Below, piece by piece: positions 9,245-18,301 of a DNA stretch of 64,000 nt. Each line of letters starts with the position of its first letter. The first letter of the stretch is position 1. The position numbers and the translations under genes are program-made. The notes below the pieces were generated by a model, which searched no databases, was not told where the DNA came from, and was given only the letters and a program-made list of their open reading frames with translations. The stretch comes from a virus (lineage: Duplodnaviria > Caudoviricetes): positions 1 through 64,000 of the IMG/VR virus record IMGVR_UViG_2879905790_000001, one strand, 5' to 3'.

Positions 9245-9733
9245 ATGTTGAATGATAAAAGGAAGTATAATAATGAACAAATATCTATATGTGATAAAGA
9301 ACAAGACATATTATTACATAAAATAGAACATTTTAAAAATGAATTAGGAGATGAATTAAAAATATCTATTTTTAATAAAATCCAAGAAATAAGGATACAA
9401 AGAAGAAAATTTAAAGAAGATTTAGACAAATGTGGTAAAACAAACGGCAAATTATGTAATTATATTAATCAAAAGAATGGAGGATTAACAACGGAAAAAT
9501 TTGAGAATTTATTAGAACAAATATTACAATCTATAATAAATGGAAATAATAAGCAATATGAATTTTTAACAGACGAAAAAGTAGAAGAATTTAAGATCAT
9601 GAAAAAGGTTAGATATAAAGATTTTAAAGATAGAATAAGATTAACAAAAGAATTACAAAAGGAATATGATAAAGTTTATTATGATAATTCAAAAATGGAA
9701 ATAACTTGCTACAATAAAGCTAAGGTATGTTAA
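9245..9733 (+). CDS. Hypothetical protein, 3' part; frame open back to the slippery site
   Basis: No RBS before ATG 9245; -1 frame open from 9185. Confidence 0.6.
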   Translation: MLNDKRKYNNEQISICDKEQDILLHKIEHFKNELGDELKISIFNKIQEIRIQRRKFKEDLDKCGKTNGKLCNYINQKNGGLTTEKFENLLEQILQSIINGNNKQYEFLTDEKVEEFKIMKKVRYKDFKDRIRLTKELQKEYDKVYYDNSKMEITCYNKAKVC

Positions 9734-9913
9734 TTATTACATAAGAAAAAAATTTAATAAAAATATCTAAAAGAGAAGGTAAAAGTAATGTGCTATTATT
9801 ATATTTCAGAACATTTATTAGACTATTATAGAAAAAATTGCAGAAGAGATAAAAATATAGATTAAATAAATCTTTAAATGATTTTATAAACTAAAATAAT
9901 TTGATAATAAGGA

Positions 9914-10198
9914 GTGAATAAATTGGAAATTTTATCACATAATTCAGATGGTAAAAAGGATATCAAAGGTATAGAAAGGTGCAAAAAGGTATATAACAGT
10001 ACTATAAGTAATAAATCTTATATAAAAGTAAATGTACTAGGAAAGACTTGGAGAGTTAAAAAAGAAGCACAGAATAAATGGCTAAAGGTTGCTAAAGTGG
10101 AGGATTTGATAAGAGATAATCTAAATGATGTATTAGGGGCTTTAAGTGTAGGAATAACAGGAGTATTAATATATTTTATTATGGCTATGTATTATTAA
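9914..10198 (+). CDS. Hypothetical protein with C-terminal TM helix
   Basis: VLGALSVGITGVLIYFIMAMYY. Confidence 0.6.
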   Translation: MNKLEILSHNSDGKKDIKGIERCKKVYNSTISNKSYIKVNVLGKTWRVKKEAQNKWLKVAKVEDLIRDNLNDVLGALSVGITGVLIYFIMAMYY

Positions 10199-10213
10199 GA
10201 AAGCAGGTGTATT

Positions 10214-10321
10214 ATGTTCAATAAGCAGCAAGAAAGATTTTTAAATATTGTATGGATAGTATGTATAATATTATTTATAATACTGTGGAGATTAGTTATA
10301 GTTATCGCTAATAAAGGTTAA
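10214..10321 (+). CDS. 35-aa single-TM peptide
   Basis: RBS AGGTG; IVWIVCIILFIILWRLVIVI. Confidence 0.5.
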   Translation: MFNKQQERFLNIVWIVCIILFIILWRLVIVIANKG

Positions 10322-10381
10322 GTAAAAATATTTTCTCCTATAACAGAATTAGTTACATAGTTTTAAATAGGAGGAACTAAT

Positions 10382-10576
10382 ATGAATAAAACTTTAAAAT
10401 TAAAACAATTTAATAATAAAATATATCTATATAACAGAAAAAATCCTGTAACTGTAGGCAAAGAAATAAAAATTATATTTCATGATGCTATAGTTTTTTC
10501 AGGACAAGTAACAAAAGAAAATATAAGTGAAATACAAAAGATGATAACTTATTCAGATAATTATATTATAAACTAA
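10382..10576 (+). CDS. Hypothetical protein
   Basis: RBS AGGAGG. Confidence 0.6.
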   Translation: MNKTLKLKQFNNKIYLYNRKNPVTVGKEIKIIFHDAIVFSGQVTKENISEIQKMITYSDNYIIN

Positions 10577-10706
10577 TTTATTAATCTTAAACAGTATAAC
10601 AGCCATAGTTTCATAACTATGGTGATAATATAAATTAATACTAAATAGAAGACCGTTGCGTTTAAAACGTAACGGTTAAATCTAAAAAATAAAATAACAA
10701 AGGAGA

Positions 10707-11660
10707 ATGATAAAAAATATGAAAAATAAAGAATTTTTAGAAAAATTAAATATGAAAGAAATGATAAGTACACAAATTAATAGCTGGGAATTAATGCTGA
10801 AGAAGAAAGGATTAAAAGACAAAACCATAGAAAGAAAGTTGAATAATTTAATATATTTTTATATGCACTTAACAGCATTAAGAAAAGATAAAGAAAGAAT
10901 AAAAATAGACAATATAAGTAATATAGCTTTTGAATACGTGAGAGATGGTTATTTTAGTGAGGATAATATTGACAATGAAGGTTGCTATGGTTATAGAAGA
11001 AACATTTATTGCAATCTTAGAGAAGGGTTTAATTTCATATATCAAGGATATTTCAAAAACAAAATAGAAGTTATTAACGATTTGATTGAAGAGCAAAAAG
11101 AAGTTTTGGAAGATGTAAGTAAAAATAAATGGTTTAATGTTGTTGGAATAAAAGATGATAGAGAAACTATTCAAACTAAAATAATAGAAGAATTAGGATT
11201 AAAAGTATATTTTGATAAAGAGAATAACCCTTACGTACTTTCACACGAAACAGCAGAATTAATTGGTAAAAAACATAAAGATGTTACTAAAGCTATTAGA
11301 CTTATTTTAGATAGATTCACTAGAGCGAAAAAAATCGCTCTTGTAGAAAACGTGGATATTTCAATGATTGAAGACCATTATACTTATAATACAAATAATG
11401 GGGGAACTAAAGATGTAATAACATATAGACTGAGCAAGGATTTAGTTATAAATTATATTTTAGGTATGAGTGGAGATAAATATTTTGATTTTAAAATAAA
11501 ATATCAATCAGCCTTTAACTATATAGAACGAGAATACAAAAAATTATTAGAAGAACATTCAACATTAAAAGATTCGTTCTTAAAAATGTATAATAATATA
11601 AGAAAAAGAAATAGAGATTTATTAATAAAAGAACATAATAAAAAAGCAAAATCAAAGTAA
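10707..11660 (+). CDS. Rha-family phage regulatory/antirepressor protein with extra N-terminal domain
   Basis: SHETAELIGKKHKDVTKAIR...YRLSKD...FKIKYQSAFN Rha signature. Confidence 0.75.
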   Translation: MIKNMKNKEFLEKLNMKEMISTQINSWELMLKKKGLKDKTIERKLNNLIYFYMHLTALRKDKERIKIDNISNIAFEYVRDGYFSEDNIDNEGCYGYRRNIYCNLREGFNFIYQGYFKNKIEVINDLIEEQKEVLEDVSKNKWFNVVGIKDDRETIQTKIIEELGLKVYFDKENNPYVLSHETAELIGKKHKDVTKAIRLILDRFTRAKKIALVENVDISMIEDHYTYNTNNGGTKDVITYRLSKDLVINYILGMSGDKYFDFKIKYQSAFNYIEREYKKLLEEHSTLKDSFLKMYNNIRKRNRDLLIKEHNKKAKSK

Positions 11661-11832
11661 TTGATTTAAATATTACATAATAGAAAATATATAAGTTTTC
11701 ATAAAAAGATAGTTTTGTTACATAAAATAATTTAATAAATACTTGAAGCTATATAGATATGTGTTATAATATCTATATAAGATTAAGAAATGTTAGATAA
11801 AAATCATATATTGAATTTTAGGGGGTAAATCA

Positions 11833-12624
11833 ATGGAAATAAAAAATATTCAACAGCTTATTGAATTAAAAAAGTTAAAATGGAGCAATCCATATACCCA
11901 AAGAGATTTTGAAGTAAACAGTATTGACGAATTTAAATATTTATTAGAAAATTATTTAAATAAATTTGCCTTTGGAGTTACTTACAACACATTTAAATAT
12001 ACCATTTTCAAAGAAGATGATTATATTTATATTAGAAATAATGATACTTATAAATTCAAAAATGGTTATACAGGTAATATAACTGAAGAATATACTCTTA
12101 AAGAGAATAGTATTGATAATATAATTGATTTTATAATATCATCTCCAGATAAAAATGATAAACGCAGGACTAGAATCAAATTCATTTATATTGATGTAGA
12201 TGATATAACAGATGAGATGAAACAACTACTGGATAAGGGTTTAATGAAATATTTTTATGGTAAAAATAGTTGTGAACCAGAATTTATATATTTAGCTGAG
12301 AATGAACATATTATAAAAAATACTTTAACAGCAGAATATTGTATTTTAGATTTTGCTAGTAAATTATCAGAGATATTTGACTGCACAGATATGACTGTAA
12401 GAAACATATGGAATGATGAAATAAGTTTTTATCATGGGAGGATAGAGGATTTAATAAGTGATAATTTATATGGGTATATACCAGAAAGTAAACAAAAGGA
12501 AATTTTTAATACAGAAAATCCTTCCAATAAACTTAGAACTATTTTTAATGAAATCGGAAGAGAACAACTAAGAATACAAATAAAAGATTTATTGAAGGAA
12601 ATAAACAGGGCAGAATTCATATAA
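11833..12624 (+). CDS. Hypothetical protein; C-terminal part paralogous to next gene
   Basis: IKFIYIDVD...KQLLDKGLMKYFYGK. Confidence 0.75.
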   Translation: MEIKNIQQLIELKKLKWSNPYTQRDFEVNSIDEFKYLLENYLNKFAFGVTYNTFKYTIFKEDDYIYIRNNDTYKFKNGYTGNITEEYTLKENSIDNIIDFIISSPDKNDKRRTRIKFIYIDVDDITDEMKQLLDKGLMKYFYGKNSCEPEFIYLAENEHIIKNTLTAEYCILDFASKLSEIFDCTDMTVRNIWNDEISFYHGRIEDLISDNLYGYIPESKQKEIFNTENPSNKLRTIFNEIGREQLRIQIKDLLKEINRAEFI

Positions 12625-12827
12625 TTATGAAATAAATATAACAGACACTCCTATAACTTTGTGTCTGTTATATTATAATAAATGAGGGTTTTTATTTTAA
12701 TTTAAAACAATTTAACATATAACGAATATTTATATTCCTTTTAGTTTAAACTATATCCAGATTAAAGAATATTGTTACAAAGTCTTGGAAATAATATAAA
12801 CATATTGTAAATTAGGAGGAATTAATA

Positions 12828-13280
12828 ATGGAAAAAATTAAATTCATTTATGTTGATGTAGAGGAAGAAACCAAAGAAATTAAACAATTGTTAGATAAAG
12901 GTTTAATAAAGTATTTTTATGGGAAAGACAGCAATGAACCAGATTTTATATATTTAACTAAAAATGAGGATATTATAAAAAATAGTATAACATCAGATTA
13001 TCGCATTTCAGATATTATAAACCAATTAATAACTATGCTTGATGGTTCTAATATAAGAATAAAAAACTTATTGGAAGATAAAATAAATATTAGTCCTAGA
13101 GATATTCTACAACTAATAGAAAATGATTTTAATTGTTATTTATCAGAAGATATTCAAAAATATATATTTGATGGAAAAATGTTTGATGAAGAAACACCTT
13201 CTGATAAAATTATAAATATGATAAAAAAAGCCAGAAAAAAACAATTTTTAATGCAAATAGAAGATTTCCTAATAGAATAA
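12828..13280 (+). CDS. Hypothetical protein, paralog of 11833-12624
   Basis: IKFIYVDVE...KQLLDKGLIKYFYGK. Confidence 0.75.
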   Translation: MEKIKFIYVDVEEETKEIKQLLDKGLIKYFYGKDSNEPDFIYLTKNEDIIKNSITSDYRISDIINQLITMLDGSNIRIKNLLEDKINISPRDILQLIENDFNCYLSEDIQKYIFDGKMFDEETPSDKIINMIKKARKKQFLMQIEDFLIE

Positions 13281-13396
13281 AAAAGGTGATTTGAATTATA
13301 TAAAAAGATTAACATACCACAACAGATAACTGTCATAATAATAGGTTGGCATAGTTATTGTAACAGTTATCGATCTTAATTTTATCAAATTAGTTG

Positions 13397-13425
13397 TTGA
13401 CTAATTTAAAATAATTTGATAGAAT
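13397..13425 (+). promoter_or_regulatory. sigmaA promoter with TAAAATAATTTG box in its spacer
   Basis: TTGACT-17bp-TAGAAT, extended TG. Confidence 0.7.
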
Positions 13426-13481
13426 ATAATCATCAAAAGAATGCATATAAAAAATATTAAAAACAAGAAAGGAGAATAAAA

Positions 13482-13976
13482 ATGACAAAAAAACATCAAT
13501 GGACAATAGAAGAAGATGATTACATAGAAAAATATTATTTAGTAAAATCAGATAAGGAGATTGGGAAAACTTTAAATTTAAGTGAAAATAGAATTAAGTT
13601 AAGAAGATATGAATTAGGATTTAAAAAACAAAGACAAACTTTTCATAAAGAATCTCCAGAAGGGATGAAATGGTGTTGGTTTTGTAACGAGCATCATCCA
13701 ATAGAATATTTTAGCAAAAATAAAAATAAGCCTGATGGATTACAAGATGAATGTAAAATAGCAGTAAAACAAATGGTTTTAAATAGAAAAGCAAAACAAT
13801 TTAAGAAAAATAAGAGTAATATAATAAAAGAGAAACAATGTGAGAATTGCAATCAAATAAAAACTATAGAAAATTTTATTAAAAATGTAAGTACAAAAGA
13901 CGGTTATTCAAATTTATGTAGAGAATGCTTAAATAAAAATTTAAATAGAAAATTTAAAGTAAAGGAAGGTAAATAA
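13482..13976 (+). CDS. HTH plus two zinc-finger modules, probable DNA-binding protein
   Basis: WTIEED...EIGKTL HTH; two CxxC...DG...C modules like those in phage endonucleases, no nuclease motif seen. Confidence 0.6.
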   Translation: MTKKHQWTIEEDDYIEKYYLVKSDKEIGKTLNLSENRIKLRRYELGFKKQRQTFHKESPEGMKWCWFCNEHHPIEYFSKNKNKPDGLQDECKIAVKQMVLNRKAKQFKKNKSNIIKEKQCENCNQIKTIENFIKNVSTKDGYSNLCRECLNKNLNRKFKVKEGK

Positions 13977-13978
13977 AA

Positions 13979-14806
13979 ATGAAAGAATCAAAAGTAAATG
14001 CAATGAAAACTATTGAAGGAGCTACTGTTATAGGTTTAGTTCAACAAACATATGATTATTCTATTTTTAAAGTACATCCTAAAAATAGAAATGTAGATTT
14101 AAAACATGTCGAAGAAATAAAAATAAGTATGCAAAAAAAACTATTATTTAATCCCATTTTGATCAATGAAAAAATGGAAATTATAGATGGACAACATAGA
14201 TTTGAAGCTTGTAAACAATTAGGGTTACCAATATGGTTTATTATGGTTGAGGGATTAGATGTTCAAGACATGCAAATATTAAATTTAAACAATAATAATT
14301 GGAGGCATGAAGATTTTTTAGATTTTTATATTAAAGAAGATAAAAATAATTATAAAGTTTTTAAAAAGTTATTATACAAATATAAAATTAATTTCAGTGA
14401 TTTAATTAATATAATAGATACTTTATCAGAAAATATAAACGGAGAAAAAGAAATGTTTAATATGTTTGATAGAGGAGATTTAGATATAGATTGTTATGAA
14501 GATGTAGTAGCCTTTTTAGAAGAATTATCCTTGTTTGATAATTATGAGTATAATAGACGTACAAGCTTTGTTAAAGCGTTTTTTAAACTATACATAAAAG
14601 ACTTTTATAATACTGACCATATGAAATATAGATTAGATATATGTAAAAATAAATTAAGTAGAAATAAGTGTTCTACAATATCTGAATTTTGTGATTTTTT
14701 AGCAAATATATATACTAGTATAAATAAAAAGGTGGGGATTGTATATAACGAATCTTTAGACGATTATTTTAAGTTAAGTTTAGGTAAAAAAAAGAAAGCT
14801 CAATAA
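13979..14806 (+). CDS. ParB/Srx N-terminal-domain protein
   Basis: NRNVD...PILINEKMEIIDGQHRFEAC. Confidence 0.75.
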   Translation: MKESKVNAMKTIEGATVIGLVQQTYDYSIFKVHPKNRNVDLKHVEEIKISMQKKLLFNPILINEKMEIIDGQHRFEACKQLGLPIWFIMVEGLDVQDMQILNLNNNNWRHEDFLDFYIKEDKNNYKVFKKLLYKYKINFSDLINIIDTLSENINGEKEMFNMFDRGDLDIDCYEDVVAFLEELSLFDNYEYNRRTSFVKAFFKLYIKDFYNTDHMKYRLDICKNKLSRNKCSTISEFCDFLANIYTSINKKVGIVYNESLDDYFKLSLGKKKKAQ

Positions 14807-14826
14807 AATAATTTTAACATTTTGAT

Positions 14827-14865
14827 TATAGGACAATATAATATCATATTGTCCTATAATTTTTA
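14827..14865 (+). terminator. Intrinsic terminator
   Basis: TTATAGGACAATAT...ATATTGTCCTATAA-TTTTT. Confidence 0.75.
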
Positions 14866-14892
14866 TAAAATCCTTCTTTTATGGTATCTTGA

Positions 14893-14939
14893 CCACAACA
14901 TATGTACATTTCTAAAAGGTCTAACACAATATGTTGTGT
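14893..14939. promoter_or_regulatory. Putative tandem NrdR boxes
   Basis: CCACAACATATGTACA (14893) and ACACAATATGTTGTGT (14924), 31 bp apart. Confidence 0.5.
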
Positions 14940-14975
14940 ATCACAAAATAATTTAAAATAATTTAATAAAATCTG

Positions 14976-15004
14976 TTGACATTGTATTCTTTCTATCATA
15001 TAAT
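14976..15004 (+). promoter_or_regulatory. Consensus sigmaA promoter
   Basis: TTGACA-17bp-TATAAT. Confidence 0.85.
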
Positions 15005-15089
15005 ATACATAACGAAATAAATATAAAACAATTTTAAAAAATAAATGGGGTTGAAAATAAATAAAACAAATAGAAGGGAAGGATATTAG

Positions 15090-15677
15090 ATGTTAAATAA
15101 TAAAATATTTATGAAAAGAAGAGGAGATATTGTTTACGTAGATTTAGGAAACCCAAAAGGAACTAATCAAGGAGGTAAAAGACCTTGTATAATTGTACCA
15201 AATAACAAATGTACAGAACATAGCACTAGCATTCAAATAATACCTATTACATCAAAACTAAATAAAAAAAGATTACCAACACATATTTTTATAAAAAAAG
15301 ATGAATTGAATGGTTTAAATGAAGATTCTCTTATTTTAGTAGAACAAACAGATTTAATAAGTACATCTCAAATATTAAGTGTTGTTGGAAGAGCTTCAGA
15401 TGAAATTATGAGAAAAGTTAATGCTAAATTAAAAATCCAATTCGATTTAGATAAACCAGATGTGAATAGAATAAAGGCTAAAATAAAAACATTAAAAGAA
15501 ATGGAAAGTTATATCTTGAAACACAATGAAAACTCAGAGGAACTATTAAACATTTTAAAATTTCAAGTTAGCGATTTTAGAGATTATTGTCAAGAATATA
15601 ATTTAAATTGTTCACAATATTATGTTTCTAAGTTCAACATAATTAATAGATATTTTCAAAGAAACATTGCTGCATAA
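15090..15677 (+). CDS. PemK/MazF-family endoribonuclease with C-terminal extension
   Basis: RRGDIVYVDL...QGGKRPCIIV...IPITS...PTH...DSLILVEQ. Confidence 0.85.
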   Translation: MLNNKIFMKRRGDIVYVDLGNPKGTNQGGKRPCIIVPNNKCTEHSTSIQIIPITSKLNKKRLPTHIFIKKDELNGLNEDSLILVEQTDLISTSQILSVVGRASDEIMRKVNAKLKIQFDLDKPDVNRIKAKIKTLKEMESYILKHNENSEELLNILKFQVSDFRDYCQEYNLNCSQYYVSKFNIINRYFQRNIAA

Positions 15678-15702
15678 TAAAAGCGATGGAGGGGTTAAAG
15701 AA

Positions 15703-16203
15703 ATGGTGTACACTTTATTAAAAATGAAAATAAGAGAAATGTATCTTGAAAAGAAATACGAGGAGTGTAACAAAAAACTTACAGATTTATATCGAGAATT
15801 AATAAGAGATAATCAAATAACTTTAGCAGAACAAAATCAGTTGATTTGGTATTATTATTTTTATAAAAGTAATATATTTAAAAATCAAAATAATTTAAAA
15901 GATTCATTATCTTTTTGCTTAAAATCTTTTAGATATATTACTTTTAAAGATAAATTTAATACTGAATATAAAGGAACTCTATTTTTATTAGCTAATATTT
16001 ATAAGGAGCTAAATAAAAAACAGAAAGCAATAAAAACATATGAATACCTACTTAGAATAACAAAAGATAAGCAATATGAAATGATATTTGAAAACATTAA
16101 TAACTTAAGACAAAATTCGAATGTGATTACTTTTACTAATAAACAAAATAAAAAATATGATAGCAACAAAGAAAATAATTTTAAATTTTGTTGCTATTTT
16201 TAA
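15703..16203 (+). CDS. TPR-repeat protein
   Basis: LFLLANIYKELNKKQKAIKTYEYLL; ATG 15703 after GGAGGGG. Confidence 0.6.
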   Translation: MVYTLLKMKIREMYLEKKYEECNKKLTDLYRELIRDNQITLAEQNQLIWYYYFYKSNIFKNQNNLKDSLSFCLKSFRYITFKDKFNTEYKGTLFLLANIYKELNKKQKAIKTYEYLLRITKDKQYEMIFENINNLRQNSNVITFTNKQNKKYDSNKENNFKFCCYF

Positions 16204-16249
16204 ATATTAGTTATAAAATAAAATAAATTAAAAGGGAGTTGTATTGTAA

Positions 16250-16702
16250 ATGAAAAATAAAATTAGATTCATACATGATAATCAAATAAAAACAGGATAT
16301 ATAAAAACAAATTTAAATAAATTTAAAAAAGAGTTTATTCTAGTAGAAAAAGGGAAGAATAGATATAGAATACCAATAGAAAATCTAATTACAACAGAAA
16401 ATGAACTTGAAATAAATAAAAAATTGTTAAAGCATCAAATTGACAATTATATAAGTAAATATAATTTAACAATACAATGGGTAAATGATACTTTAAAAGT
16501 ATCATCTATATTAGATGAATGGTTCATAGAACCGTCTAAAAATAATTTGCTTATATTACAACATATAAATAAAAAGAATAAGGATGCAAAAGGTAAATTT
16601 CATAAACAAGGAATATTCTATAATTATTTTTCTGCTCTAAGACATATAGCGGAGCATGATAAAACTAAATTAGGGATAGATTTTTCCAATAAATCAGCAT
16701 AA
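16250..16702 (+). CDS. Hypothetical protein
   Basis: ORF with RBS GGGAG. Confidence 0.7.
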   Translation: MKNKIRFIHDNQIKTGYIKTNLNKFKKEFILVEKGKNRYRIPIENLITTENELEINKKLLKHQIDNYISKYNLTIQWVNDTLKVSSILDEWFIEPSKNNLLILQHINKKNKDAKGKFHKQGIFYNYFSALRHIAEHDKTKLGIDFSNKSA

Positions 16703-16765
16703 ATACATGCATTTACCTATATTTTCTAATTTTTTCTATGTTTTAGGTAAAAAATAATAATGTTA

Positions 16766-16795
16766 TTGCAAATTGTTGTATATTAGTGTTATAAT
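16766..16795 (+). promoter_or_regulatory. Promoter of the SroE/SroF-like pair
   Basis: TTGCAA...TGTTATAAT. Confidence 0.55.
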
Positions 16796-16831
16796 ATAGA
16801 AGTGTTTAAAAAAGGGAGGTATTTATAAAAT

Positions 16832-18301
16832 ATGATAGAAAACAAAGATTACAATTACGATAGATTGATAAGAGAAATCACAGGCTGTCTAAGTCTAAAA
16901 CAATTTTTAATGAAAAAACCTTTTGTGATTAAAGAATTAGAGAACAAAGTAAACGAAGAAAGAATTAATAATCTCTTTAATCAAGATATACAAATTGATA
17001 TGCTTGATACTAGAGAACTTTATCTAATAACAGAAACCTTTTACAAAATGTTATTAGATGAAGAATTCATTTCTAAATTAAATGAATTCCAACAACAATT
17101 ACAAAAAGATCTAAATCCAGAACTTTATTTTACAGAAGATGAAATAAGACAATATAAGAACTCAGTATTACCTGTAGAAGAAGAACAAGATTTTAAAACA
17201 GTAGTTTTTAAAAATGTTAAGTTTATGAAAGAAGGCATCTATAGTACCGTTGATGACTTTAATTATATTTTAGACCTAAGAGAGAAAGGCATTCTGTTTT
17301 ATAACATAAATTGTCAAAGAGAAACAGAAAAATATGAATGGAGAGGAACTTATGTAGAAAAAGCTAAAGTTTTTTCTAAATCTATAAAAGAAATATCTGA
17401 AAGTATGTATCAGGATAAATATATACCTACTTATATAGCTATAAATGTTCCTTCAAATGGAGAAGAAGATTTTCATGTAATAGATAAGGAAAACGGTTTA
17501 TACGATATTATAATAAAAATAAATAAGAATACTAGTTTAAACTTAATAGATGGAAATCATAGAACAACAGGGGGAAGTTTAGCTAGAAATATGTGTCGTA
17601 GAAAAGGTAAAGAATTCCTTTTAAATATGGGAATTCAAATTATGAACTTAGACCCTAGTTCAGCTAGACAATATATTTTCCAAGAAAGCAAGAAAAATCC
17701 TCTTGATGAAACTCTAACTAAAGCTATGGAGAAGACTATAGAAAATGAAATAGCTGATTATATGAATAAAGGAGAAAGTCCATTAGCAGGAAAGTTAGGG
17801 AGAGAATTGAAAGATGTAAAAACATTAAATAAACTAACTCCTCTATATGTTTTTGCAGAAGGTTTAAAACATTTTGAGCTTGATGAACTGGATTTAATAA
17901 GAAAAAATAAAGTTAAAAGGTTTTTAAAAGATTTTTTCAATTGTATTTTAAGTTTTCATAAGGATAAAAGAAGGGATCGTGAACTTTCAATAGAAGATAT
18001 GTTGAAGAATAAAAAATTAAAAGAAAAAAAATCAGAAGAAGAAGGCTACGAATTAAATATGAATATGTTTAGAGGTTATTTATATATAGCTGCTAAATTA
18101 TTTAATGATCCTAATTGGATAGAGAAGATAGACACAATTTTGAAAAAAATAGATTATAAAAAAGGTGGTGCATTAGAAGATATGCATCTCTTTAAAAATG
18201 AAATGAGTAAAACAAATATAAAAAAACTAGAAGAGTATTTAGAAAATATATTGAGCGAAGTAGAAGAAAGTGGTGAGAACGAAAATGTCAGAAAAAATTA
18301 G
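16832..18301 (+). CDS. DndB/DGQHR-domain protein, SPbeta YopQ/SroE-like repressor
   Basis: CQRE...PTYIAIN...LIDGNHR; overlaps the integrase-like gene, same order as yopQ-yopR. Confidence 0.6.
   Translation: MIENKDYNYDRLIREITGCLSLKQFLMKKPFVIKELENKVNEERINNLFNQDIQIDMLDTRELYLITETFYKMLLDEEFISKLNEFQQQLQKDLNPELYFTEDEIRQYKNSVLPVEEEQDFKTVVFKNVKFMKEGIYSTVDDFNYILDLREKGILFYNINCQRETEKYEWRGTYVEKAKVFSKSIKEISESMYQDKYIPTYIAINVPSNGEEDFHVIDKENGLYDIIIKINKNTSLNLIDGNHRTTGGSLARNMCRRKGKEFLLNMGIQIMNLDPSSARQYIFQESKKNPLDETLTKAMEKTIENEIADYMNKGESPLAGKLGRELKDVKTLNKLTPLYVFAEGLKHFELDELDLIRKNKVKRFLKDFFNCILSFHKDKRRDRELSIEDMLKNKKLKEKKSEEEGYELNMNMFRGYLYIAAKLFNDPNWIEKIDTILKKIDYKKGGALEDMHLFKNEMSKTNIKKLEEYLENILSEVEESGENENVRKN

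Noticed and set aside
15703-16250. Arbitrium AimR/AimP or other RRNPP peptide system
   Set aside because: TPR protein is short, lacks an HTH, and no signal-peptide mini-gene follows it
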